Of a stretch of 64,000 nt of DNA, positions 31,549 to 41,621 are shown one piece after another; the stretch's first letter is position 1, and every line of letters starts with the position of its first letter. Below the pieces are notes generated by a model. That model made no database searches and was not told the origin of the DNA. It worked only from the letters and a program-made list of their open reading frames with translations. The stretch lies in the NCBI GenBank assembly GCA_965197745.1, contig CBDANS010000006.1, positions 1,056,001 to 1,120,000 on the forward strand, in the 5' to 3' direction. The position numbers were made by a program, and so were the translations under genes. Origin of the DNA: Opitutales bacterium (GTDB lineage Bacteria; Verrucomicrobiota; Verrucomicrobiia; Opitutales; PNEW01).

Positions 31549-34500
31549 ATGAAGCGTGGGGGATCTTTTGTCTTTTTCATATTTTTGGCCAGCTTTGTAT
31601 TCGCAGTAGAGAATGGCCAATTATCAGATATTATAGCGCGAGCTGAGAAAGGTGATGCTGAAGCTCAATACGAACTTGGAGAAATGTATGAAAAAGGACA
31701 AGGCATTGAACAGAATTATGCCAAGGCACTTGAGTGGTATCGAAAAGCAGCTGAACAAGGTGTAAAAGCACAAGAATTCCGTGACATGAAGTTGGAGGCT
31801 CTCGCTCAGCATCGTGCCTTTCAGAAGGAGCTTTTGAGAATGCGAGAACACAAGGCTCGTATTGATAAGGAACGACAAATGGAAATAGAAATCCGAGAAG
31901 AGGGAGTTGATGATAAAATTGAGCTTAGTCTAATTCGTTTTGAAACATTTCTCGAAGACGCTGAAAATAAAGCGAGGCAAGGAGAATTTCAGGAAGCGAT
32001 TAATAGTTTTAATGCGGCCATGGCTCTCAAATCTGATAACTTATGGTCGTGACCACGAAAACTGGTACACTTGAAAAGTTAGTCTGGGTAACCTAGAAAG
32101 GACTCAGACAATGAAAGGCAAAAGATACACAACTGAAGAGAAAATACGGATGCTGCGGCAGGCGGACAAAGGGAAAACGATCCTGGAAGCATGCCGCGAG
32201 AACAACATTAGCGAACAGACTTTCCACCGCTGGAAGCGTGAGTTTGGGATGATTGATGTCGACCAGGCCAAGCGGATGAAGGAACTCTTTGAAGGAGAAC
32301 GCGCGGTTAAAACGGATGCTGGCGGACAAGATGCTGGGGATAGAGATCCTGCAGGAGACCCTCGAAAAAAAACTGTAAGCCCTGGGCACAAGCGGCAAGT
32401 GGCAGAGAGACTTGTGGCTCGGGGCCAGTGTTCGATGCGAGCGGGGTGCCGGTACTTTCGGCTGCACCGTTCCACCTATGCGTATAAGGCGAAGCATCCG
32501 GATGCTTGGTTAATGAAACTGAAGGCGGCAGTAAGGCGGTTATCACGGCAATATGCCAGGTGGGGCTATCCGAAGATCACGAAGCTGTTGAAAGACGAAG
32601 GCTGGGAGGTGGGTAAACGTCTCGTGCAAGGTCTACGACGCGAACTGGGCTTGGCGATCCCCCAACGCAAGCCAAGACGTCGGGGCAGGGGTGTTTCCAC
32701 CGGGCTGCCGACCAAGGCCGAACATCCCGGCCATGTTTGGACCTGGGATTTTATCCACGATAAGACGGTCCGCGGTGGCAGTTTAAAAATGTTGACCGTG
32801 CTCGATGAGTACACCCGCGAGTGTCGAGTGATCCATGTTGATCGCCATATCAATGCGGAAACGGTGCGCGGTATCATGCAAAAACTGCTTGCCCGTCATG
32901 GGCCGCCACAATATATTCGCAGTGACAACGGTTCCGTTCCGAGGAGCGAAGCGACGACATGCGAAGCCATTCATTGAAAAGGAATTGAGAGCCTGGCTAA
33001 CTGCGATGAAAATCAAAACCCTCTATATCGAACCAGGAAGCCCTTGGCAGAACGGATACATCGAATCGTTGCATGCCCGTTTTCGCGAGGAGTGTTTAAA
33101 CCGTGAACAGCTATGGACTTTGACCGAAGCCCGCGTGGTGATCGAGGACTGGCGCTGGCTTTACAATAATGTCCGACCCCACCGCAGCCTCGGCAATATC
33201 ACCCCACGGTGCTTCGCTGAAGACATTAATACCGAAGGCTTGGGCTCCATTCGGGCTACGCCCTCATTGCGCCCAAGCCTTGACTTCCTCTACCAACTTA
33301 ACTTCAACATTAACCTCTCCAGACTAACTCTCTCGGTGGACCAGTTTACGTAACCCGATCACTTACAACTTGATGATAGAACCCTAGAACTTCAAAAGCT
33401 TTTGAAAGAACAAAGCCAGCCGGTAGAGGTAATCTTTTCTTCCGACGGCCGAACTTGGGTGAGTGTGTCTGGCTACAAGATGTTCGGTAAATTTAAAGGA
33501 GAAAAATCAGAGAGTTTTCTGCCTGGAAATTATATGGTAGTAGGAAGGCGCAATGGCTATCAGGAAGTGATATACGAAGTTAGAATACGGTCAGGTCGAC
33601 AACTGCCAGTTATTAGTGTTGTCTGTAGTGATAGATTAGAAGCAGAGACTGTTCAATTTACAGATATAACAGAACTTGCAGAACAAGGAGATACCAAAGC
33701 GCAATTCAACCTTGGAATGATGTATTTCTTTGGCCAAGAGGTGGAACAGAATTATTCCGAGGCCTTGAAATGGGTTCACATGGCAGCTGAACAGGGAGAC
33801 GCCAGAGCGCAAACCCACATTGGGTCGATGTATTTTAAAGGCCAAGGGGTAGAGCAGGATACTACCGAAGCAATCAAGTGGTATCACAAGGCGGCTAAAC
33901 AGGGATACGCCACAGCACAATATCACCTAGGAGATGCATACCGCACTGGTAAAGGGGTAACGCAAGACTATGCCAAGGCACTTGAGTGGTATCACGAGGC
34001 AGCTGAACAAGAAGACACCACTGCGCAAACCCACATTGGATGGATGTATGAAGAGGGTCATACGGTAGAGCAGGATTATGCCAAGGCATATGAATGGTAC
34101 CGCAAAGCAGCTGAACAAGGAGACGCTTATGCTCAAAACAAAATTGGGTGGATGTATTCTACTGGCTTAGGGGTAGAACAAGATAATAACAGAGCAGTCG
34201 AATGGTATCGCAAAGCTGCTGAGCAGGGAGTTGCACAAGCCCAATGGAATCTTGGCTGGAGGTATGAATTCGGAAATGGGAAATTATTTCCAAATAAATC
34301 CGAGGCTCTCAAGTGGTATCACAGGGCAGCCAAACAGGGGAATCCGTATTCACTCAAGTGGATTAAAAACGAGGCCGAGAAGGGTAACAAAGTAATTCAA
34401 CTAATGCTTGGGCTAATGTATGAAAAGGGCCAAGGGGTAGAGGTGGATAATGCTAAAGCTGCCAAATGGTATCGCAAGTCAGCTGAACAGGGTTATGCTA

Positions 34501-34829
34501 AAGCCCAATACAATCTCGGGAAAATGTATTATGGAGGTCAGGGTATAGAGAAAGATATTTCTAAGGCCTTTAAGTGGTATCGTAAGGCTGCAAAACAAGG
34601 TTTAGCGCAAGCCCAATTCAACATTGGAGTGATGTATGCTAACGGTAAGGGTGTAGCAAAGAATAATGTCGAATCTTATATGTGGCTTAGCATCGCTGCA
34701 GCGGAAGACAATTTTAGCAATAAACAATTAGACAGTCTTAAAGGTAACATGACTGCAGAACAAATCGAAGGGGCTGAAAGTAAAGCTGAGACTTGGTTGG
34801 CTAAGCATCAGAAGAAGCAACCGCATTAG
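31549..34829 (+). pseudogene. Secreted Sel1-repeat protein (with PEGA-like middle domain) split by IS3 (parts 31549-32043 and 33366-34829)
   Basis: Signal-peptide-like MKRGGSFVFFIFLASFVFA; many AQ.NLG.MY..G.GVEQD...A..WY.KAAEQG repeats; halves join in frame (...KSDNL|QLDDRT...). Confidence 0.9.
32044..33361 (+). mobile_element. IS3-family insertion sequence (1318 bp), transposase disrupted
   Basis: TG...CA ends with imperfect IRs sharing AAACTGGT and AGTTAGTCTGG; 4-bp TSD CTTA (32040-43, 33362-65); OrfA HTH, A8 frameshift run at 32365, W.WDF/DEYTREC/RSDNG/PGSPWQNG.IES integrase motifs. Confidence 0.93.
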
Positions 34830-34855
34830 TGAGACGGTTCTTATTAAAACTCAAT

Positions 34856-34915
34856 TCACTCAATCGTCACTTCATCCACAATGACAGTGATCGCATCGCC
34901 ATCTTCATTGGCGAA
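34856..34915 (-). pseudogene. Orphan 3' stub of the constant-C-terminus secreted protein family
   Basis: Translates FANEDGDAITVIVDEVTIE*, matching the C-termini of 36912, 47884, 51893 and 56582. Confidence 0.8.
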
Positions 34916-35091
34916 GCCTGACCCCTTCAGATTCCATTGATGGGTTAGGGTATACATATATTTATACCTTTGGGGTAATAACGCCGTGGTTACACGCTGT
35001 CGCTATTCAAGGGTAAAATTGATTCTGTATCCTTAACCCCTTCCAATATGATACTCCCAGGAATTCAAGCCGCTAAATTTTATTTATTTGT

Positions 35092-36282
35092 TCACATGAG
35101 AGGCATGCGAATTTCTCCTGGTTTCCATAGTCTCAGAAAGTAGTGTCCTAAGCCAGATGCTCCATACATGTAGTCAGCTGAGTACAACCCCGGTTCATCT
35201 GTAGGCCAGGCGTCTCCTTCGGGTAACTCTTCTCGGTATCCAAGGGCCATCTCTGCGAAGACATTGGCATTCTGCAGCCAGGATTTGTCCTTAGTGACGC
35301 GGTAGAGTTCGACGAACAATTCCCCGCACCCTGAAAGACCAATGCATTGGGTTATGTTGTTACGGAAGTCGCCATAGGCGAAGGTGGTGGTACCACAGTG
35401 CAGCGCAATTTCATAGTAAGAAGTATCCTTAAATATCTCATAGGCGAGTAGAAATACTAGGCCAATCCCTGGAGAACCGTGGCTCCACTGGCAGCGATCG
35501 AGCCCCATCTCTCCAATTACAGGGCACCAGTTAAGGCCACCTTTATCTGGAAGCGCGTGCTGAACCAATGTTGCCAGGATTTCCCGTGCAGTACTTGACC
35601 ACGTTTTATCCCCTGTTGCCTTGTAGAGTAGAAGGAAGAAATAAGCTATACCCGCAATACCGTGTGCGACACCGGTGAACGGAACTCGGCCAAATTCTCC
35701 ATCGGGACGTGCCAGGTAGTGGCATCCCTGTTCATCACGGTTCAAGTTTTGATCAATCCAATCAGCGCAACGGATCGCCCCATTTAAATACTTTCGTTGG
35801 TTCGTGGCTTCACATAACCGTATGAGGAAAAACCCGTTCGATGCTGCGCCACCCATTAAGTCCGTAAACGGTCCAGGGTTTTCTGTCATGATTATCCGAG
35901 CGCATTCATCGCAATAATCGAGATATTCATCATCTTGAATCAAACGCCATAGGTCGAGTGCAGCCATGGCAATACCGGTTTTTCCTATTAGAAGTCCCCG
36001 GGAGAAGCTCTTCTCGTGATCTGTGTACATACACCATCGACAGCAACCAATAGCGAGGTCGAGAGCAGTAGCTGTTTCGGTCTGACGGTGGTACTCTGTT
36101 AAAAACAGACTGATGCCCCCTGAGCCATTAAATAGGTTGTAGCTGTAGTGAGGGTTATTCTCGTAGTCGATGGTTCGCCAACGAATGCCAGTGGGAACTT
36201 TTTCTGCAGTACGCTGGATGAAGCTAAAGACTGAATTGGCGCCTGTTACCGGTGCTGACATTAGACATTTATTCCCATGCAA
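35092..36282 (-). CDS. Stand-alone LanC-like (lanthionine synthetase C family) protein
   Basis: Repeated GxxG motifs: LFNGSGGI, DLMGGAA, GVAHGIAG, WSHGSPG, QCIGLSG, YMYGASG. Confidence 0.8.
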   Translation of the reverse strand: MHGNKCLMSAPVTGANSVFSFIQRTAEKVPTGIRWRTIDYENNPHYSYNLFNGSGGISLFLTEYHRQTETATALDLAIGCCRWCMYTDHEKSFSRGLLIGKTGIAMAALDLWRLIQDDEYLDYCDECARIIMTENPGPFTDLMGGAASNGFFLIRLCEATNQRKYLNGAIRCADWIDQNLNRDEQGCHYLARPDGEFGRVPFTGVAHGIAGIAYFFLLLYKATGDKTWSSTAREILATLVQHALPDKGGLNWCPVIGEMGLDRCQWSHGSPGIGLVFLLAYEIFKDTSYYEIALHCGTTTFAYGDFRNNITQCIGLSGCGELFVELYRVTKDKSWLQNANVFAEMALGYREELPEGDAWPTDEPGLYSADYMYGASGLGHYFLRLWKPGEIRMPLM

Positions 36283-36457
36283 ATTTGATCTACTTCACAC
36301 TGTCCGTTCAGCAATTGATTGAATAGAAACGTTGTTTACACAGAGTGTTCGCTTCAGCATCAGCAAGGTCAAGGTGTAATAACCGCTTTTACTCGGACTC
36401 TCCTACAGCATACCATTCTTAAGCGTCAGACAGCAGAAAAAAGGTCTAAAGGAGTCA

Positions 36458-36767
36458 CCCAGGCCGAACGCAAAGCCGAGAAATGGCAGGTGAAGCAAGA
36501 GAAGAAGAAGTAAACAGTGAACAGTCGCTGTCGTCCTCTTTCATGTCATTGCGAGGAGTAACACGACGCGGCTACCGAGTCCTGTACTTGCAGGACGACA
36601 TCTTACATTCCAGGGGGTGACCGTTGTGTATTGCAGGTCCCTGGATGTTAAGATTTACTCTAAACTGGACAAAAGCCTTAATTGAAAAAACGAACCCTCA
36701 TTGGAAAGATCTGAGCGGAAATTGATATTGGTAGGCACAATGACAATTTGCCTGGATTGCTTCGTCT
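36458..36767 (+). repeat. ~310-bp direct repeat copy 1 (contains MITE with GIY-YIG remnant)
   Basis: Near-identical to 39589-39892. Confidence 0.88.
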
Positions 36768-36801
36768 TCGCTTGCTTCTGCTAGTTAATATTTAAATTAA
36801 C

Positions 36802-36880
36802 AAGGTGGAACGCGGTGTCCCTACCGTGTTTGAGAGCGTCGCAATAGAAGAAGCGTGCTAGGGACAGCCCGCTCCACCTT
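36802..36880. repeat. REP-like imperfect inverted repeat
   Basis: AAGGTGGAACGCGGTGTCCCTA...TAGGGACAGCCCGCTCCACCTT; half copy at 46710-46737. Confidence 0.65.
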
Positions 36881-36911
36881 AAAACCTAACACCTAAAACT
36901 TCTCGAAGAGA

Positions 36912-39158
36912 TCACTCAATAGTGATCTCCTCGGGAACAACCTCGATCGCATCGCCATCTTCATTGGCGAAGGTCGCATTGACACTCTGTGTCGGCTGTG
37001 GAGTATTGTCGGACTTAAAATTGTTCTGCGTTATCAAGGTATCAAATCCCGTCGTTGTCGATCCGCTCTCTGCGACTACGACCGCGGCACCGTTTGTCTG
37101 CAATAAGTCTCCACCCGTGATCCGCAAGCCGGGGTTACCGGCTGCTGCGGTGAACGATCCTTCTCCAAACAAAAGATGCGGCACCGCATCGCCATTGGCA
37201 TCGATGTCACCTACCGTTAAGCGTACCGCGATTGGTACCCCGCGCGCGTCGACACCGATCTTGCCCGTGCTTGCGCTGAACGTGGCGTTCGACAACTGCA
37301 TGCCGCCCATGCCCGTGGAATTTACAACCTCCACCAGGGTCACGTCCGCTTGTGCGTCGTAGACTTGACCCTCGGGGAAGAGGGCTTGGTTCACCGCGTT
37401 TATTCTTCCCACCGTAAAGATACTGAAGAAGGTATTAGCATCGGCACCATCGATAACCACGCTCGGTTTGCCCGTCACGTACTCTACCGTCTGGTTATAG
37501 CGCGGAGGTATGGCCGGGGGCAGGAAAGTGGCCGGGTCCAGGGTTACGGTAAAGGTTCCTGCACCTGAGAACTCTACCTGTACAATGTCCTCGGTTTCGT
37601 CCATGAAGGAAACGCGGGTGATTTGGTTGGGTCGGGCTTGAAGCTGGATGGATTCTCCGGTTAGCAGGACCTGGTCAAAGACATTGCCATTCGGATGCTG
37701 AATATTCTCACCGGCGATATCGCCCGAGCCGTCGAGGATGAGGGGGACAGAAGGAGCTGCTATGGTGATGGCCGCAGTATCGCTGTCAGCGCTTCCTCCG
37801 GCGTTAGTTACCTGCACCCAGAAGTTTGTGCTCGTAGTGAGAGTGCCGGTGGTCAAGCTGCCGATAGTAGCGCCGACGACGGGACTCGATGTGTCACCGC
37901 TGTTGCCTGTAAACCATTGGTAAGTTAGATCGTCGCCGCTTGCGGTAACGGACAAACTCGCCGTTGCACCGGATGTGACTTCCTGGCTTGCCGGTTGGGT
38001 AGTGATAGCGGGAGCGGTGGCGGGCGGGGGTCCCTCAGAACCAGTTCCTGGTGCTCCTATCGGTGTATACCCAAAATCGTCGATCGCTGTATGACCTTCT
38101 GTATTGTTAGTAGGATGATCTCTCAATACAATCTTACCAATGCCTCCGGGGGCTCCTAATTCATCCGCATTAATATTTACTGAACCGGGCTTAGTAGTGG
38201 AAGTAACATCCGATTCTAAATTATCAATCGTAACGAGTAAGTTGTCGTTTGTATCATAGACGTCAATAAAGCCATCGGGTAAAATTCCCTCTTTGGGTGG
38301 TGTACTCTGTGATGCGAATGCGTCTATTTTATAAGCTGGAGTTTCAAAAGTGATGGTTGCTTCTTCACCATTTATCACTGCATAAGAAGTGGACATCGAG
38401 CGCACATGATTGGGACCATCAGTCCATGCAACGATAATAGCGCCTCCATCAAAAGTAGCAGTATTCGGCGAAATCCCAATGACCAAGGGTTCCAACAGTC
38501 CATCACCAGCGCCAAAAAATGTGAAATCCTCGTAAACAGTGTTGTTTGAGGGGAAGTCGGTCAGTGTGAATCCCAAGTCGTCGATCACGAGTTTTCCCAT
38601 AACATTAAAAAACTTCACTTCAATTATACCACTAAGGAAATCAAAATCTTCTGCATCAAAAAAATCACCGCTGTCTCCGACAAAACTGTATAAAGGGGGA
38701 TTAACTCCAGGGCTTATATTTGCTGGCAGCCCTTCGATGATGCCGCCATCTCCACCGCGAGAGCCCCCTATGACGATGTTAACTCTAATGTCAGTGGAGA
38801 AAACATCCCCTGTATTGATTTCTCCTCTTATCTCAAATTTGCCTGCGCCTGTCGTTTCACCCGCATAAAATTCTAGAAATTGCATCCCTCTTTGGGAGAA
38901 AATTTTTCCCTCCTGTCCAGGTCCAAGAGTTATTGCTTTGCAACCCGAATGTAAGAGCGAGGGATCCTCTAAAGTCTCCACCGTGAATCCGATCAAGGTA
39001 ACTACGTTTGGCTCCTGGCCAATGAAGATAGTCCCTTCCCCGCTGACGTTCTCGAAATTGATGAACACCTCCAGATCTTGAGGAAGGGCATAGAGACGGG
39101 ATGGTAAATAGAGCAAAAGAATCAGAATCTGAATTATTTTTATAGGGCTTCTTTTCAT
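36912..39158 (-). CDS. Secreted surface protein, family member 1 (variable N-domains + Ig-like + constant C-domain)
   Basis: Signal peptide ending LYA-LPQD; PAITTQPAS...LTYQW...FWVQVTN..G.ADS Ig-like domain; C-domain NIQHPNGNVFDQVLLTG...EEITIE. Confidence 0.85.
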   Translation of the reverse strand: MKRSPIKIIQILILLLYLPSRLYALPQDLEVFINFENVSGEGTIFIGQEPNVVTLIGFTVETLEDPSLLHSGCKAITLGPGQEGKIFSQRGMQFLEFYAGETTGAGKFEIRGEINTGDVFSTDIRVNIVIGGSRGGDGGIIEGLPANISPGVNPPLYSFVGDSGDFFDAEDFDFLSGIIEVKFFNVMGKLVIDDLGFTLTDFPSNNTVYEDFTFFGAGDGLLEPLVIGISPNTATFDGGAIIVAWTDGPNHVRSMSTSYAVINGEEATITFETPAYKIDAFASQSTPPKEGILPDGFIDVYDTNDNLLVTIDNLESDVTSTTKPGSVNINADELGAPGGIGKIVLRDHPTNNTEGHTAIDDFGYTPIGAPGTGSEGPPPATAPAITTQPASQEVTSGATASLSVTASGDDLTYQWFTGNSGDTSSPVVGATIGSLTTGTLTTSTNFWVQVTNAGGSADSDTAAITIAAPSVPLILDGSGDIAGENIQHPNGNVFDQVLLTGESIQLQARPNQITRVSFMDETEDIVQVEFSGAGTFTVTLDPATFLPPAIPPRYNQTVEYVTGKPSVVIDGADANTFFSIFTVGRINAVNQALFPEGQVYDAQADVTLVEVVNSTGMGGMQLSNATFSASTGKIGVDARGVPIAVRLTVGDIDANGDAVPHLLFGEGSFTAAAGNPGLRITGGDLLQTNGAAVVVAESGSTTTGFDTLITQNNFKSDNTPQPTQSVNATFANEDGDAIEVVPEEITIE

Positions 39159-39588
39159 GCTGTTATAACGATTAAATCGATGCCAGAGATGTGGCGGGGA
39201 ATTCCTTTGCCGGATTGGTTAGTTATCCAACCTAACCATTATTTGATTATATGCGAGGGCTATAGGAGATAATCGATCGGGGTGGCAACCTTGGATTACT
39301 TAATACACAATAGAAGGTCAAAAGGGGTCAGGCTTCGCATTTAACCATTTTAGAGATTAAAGTTTTAATAGACCGACGGGAAGAACGCTGACGCGATGCG
39401 TCTTCACTCGTGTTAAGTGTTAAGCAGAGAGTATAAATACAAATTAATTTAAGATTATTTTTCACCTAAAACCCATGGCACGCCATAGTGAAACGACGGC
39501 GGCTAATACTTAAAACCTAACACCACTACTGCATACTTAACACCACATCAAAAAATCGCTCCTGCAAATTCGTAGCGAGGGAAGCGAG

Positions 39589-39921
39589 CCCAGGCCGAAC
39601 GCAAAGCCGAGAAATGGCAGGCGAAGCACGGGAAGAAGAAGTGAACAGTCGCTGTCGTCCTCTTTCATGTCATTGCGAAGAGTAACACGACGCGGCTACC
39701 GAGTCCTGTAGCTGCAGGACGACATCTTACATTTCAGGGGGATGTCTGTTGTGTATTGCAGGTCCCTGGATGTTAAGATTTACTTTAAACTGGACGAAAG
39801 CCTTAATTGAAAAAACGAACCCTCATTGGAAAGATCTGAGCGGAAATTGATATTCGTAGGTACAATGACAATTTGCCTGGATTGCTTCGTCTCCCGCGAT
39901 TGCGGGTTTCTCGCAATGACA
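39589..39921 (+). repeat. Direct repeat copy 2, including complete MITE 39668-39921
   Basis: 11-bp TIR TGTCATTGCGA/TCGCAATGACA; internal KALIEKTNPHWKDLS remnant. Confidence 0.85.
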
Positions 39922-39993
39922 AAAAGGGAAGAGCGCTTATGCGCGTGTTTTGTGTTAAGTAAATTAACCTAAAACCTAACTCTGATATATAGA

Positions 39994-40017
39994 TCATTCA
40001 ATCGTTACCTCATCAAC
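39994..40017 (-). pseudogene. Second orphan 3' stub of the secreted protein family
   Basis: Translates VDEVTIE*; downstream flank (ctaaaacctaac...atagatca) resembles that of 56582. Confidence 0.6.
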
Positions 40018-40063
40018 CCCTTCAGATTCTACTGCCCACAGCTAACCATTCTCAATTGTGCCA

Positions 40064-41105
40064 TTACACGAAGCGAGGCATGACCTCTCTGGCGAATAGC
40101 CCCATCGAACGCATCACCTTCTCGTGCTCCATTCCTCCAAAGGCGAAGTTGCAGCCAAAGTATTCGATACCCTGATCGCGGAGTTCCTGGATTTTGGCGA
40201 TACAGGAATCGGGGTCGCCCAGGAACGCGCGGTTGTCATGGAGATAAGTCGTAGCTCACGGGTAACTCCGACCGCGCTTTGCGCCAGTCTTCGATGTTGT
40301 AGGGCACCTCGCTACTCTCGCTGAATGTGCCGCGATACTGCAAGATGTCCAGCACCCAATTCAGACGCTCCTCGGCGTCTTTCCGTACCTGTTCTGCTGT
40401 CTCGGCGACATAGAAATATCGGAAGAAGGGTATGTCGGACATGGGGATGTTCGATCCAGACTCCTCCGACATTTTCACAAATCGCCGGCACAGGTCCAGA
40501 GCAGCGGCCGTGTCCTGCACTACGGCGGCGCAAAGGGTGTAGCCCCGCGAGATGATATACTCCAGCGTCGCCCGGGTGCTGGTGGCTCCGACATAGATCG
40601 GCGGATGCGGCTTTTGCACCGGCGGGGGAACCAGGTTCAGCTTGTTGACACTGTAATAATTGCCCGAAAAAGAGAACTCCGTTGTCGTCCACAGGCCCTC
40701 GATTACTCTGATGCACTCCTGGAAACGCTCCTGGCTGTCCTCCGCGGCGATATTGAACCCGCCGTACTCGTAGCCCGTAAACCCGCGTCCGAAACCGACG
40801 TCGAGACGCCCTCCGCTGATGTGGTCGACAGTGGCGGTGTCCTCGGCCAGACGTATGGGGTTGTGCAGTGTGGGTACCAGGACGCCCGTGGCCAGACGTA
40901 TCGTTTTCGTTTTGGCCGCAGCAGCACTTGCCACGACCAGTGACGAAGATCCCATGCTGTAACGGGAGAAGTGGTGCTCGGCGAACCACGCGCTGTAGAA
41001 CCCGAGTTCCTCAGCGTACTGCACCTGCTCAAGTGTCTCGGCAAATATTCGCGAGGGGTCCGACTCTTCGGGCCAGGGCATATGAAAAAAGACGGCGAAT
41101 TTCAT
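40064..41105 (-). pseudogene. LLM-class flavin-dependent oxidoreductase, frameshifted
   Basis: AEELGF..AWFAEHHF, PIRLAED.AT.D.ISGGRL.VG.GRG; extra base near 40246, after which another frame continues YLHDNRAFLGDPD...LFAREVMPRFV*. Confidence 0.85.
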
Positions 41106-41113
41106 GTATTTAT

Positions 41114-41248
41114 TTATAGTCGAATTAAACCGATTATCCAGCTAACTGTGTTCTGGATTGGTGATGGCAGGGAGTTCCTCTTTCCTTCCATGAGGCGACT
41201 GAAACCCTCGACATCAGCGCTGAGTATGGCCGTTAGCTTGCGTTCCAT
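41114..41248 (-). pseudogene. N-terminal remnant of a class III adenylate/guanylate cyclase
   Basis: MERKLTAILSADVEGFSRLM with GGAG RBS, then unrelated sequence and stop after 44 aa. Confidence 0.7.
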
Positions 41249-41428
41249 GACTGATCGCTCCCTCTTAATGTTCCCTCTACACATTTAGAACAGATCAAAC
41301 TATTACTGACGTCCTCTTTGTGTCAATCAGACTGAGATAAGTCATAATTTCAATCGCTATATTTTTCGCTCCGCCATAAATTAAGCTTTTATAGGTACAT
41401 TTTAAGCAAATTCACCTACTTTTATAGA

Positions 41429-41505
41429 GCGCCGCTAGCTCAATTGGATAGAGCACCTGACTTCGGATCAGGATGTTGGGGGTTCGAGTCCCTCGCGGCG
41501 TGCCA
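41429..41505 (+). tRNA. tRNA-Arg (TCG)
   Basis: GCGCCGC acceptor, stem CCTGA/TCAGG with loop CTTCGGA, GGTTCGAGTCC, G-CCA end. Confidence 0.92.
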
Positions 41506-41621
41506 TTGATGAGACAATTGTCTTCCCTGGGCGGTGTGTGTTTTAGCTTCGCCGCGCCGTTACCTGAAATTTATTAAAAATTTGACTGAGAAAAATGATT
41601 AAGAGTGAACTATCCTCGGTC

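Noticed and set aside
36319..36513. Lanthipeptide precursor next to the LanC-like gene
   Set aside because: One Cys, no leader motif, and the ORF runs into the direct repeat; probably spurious.
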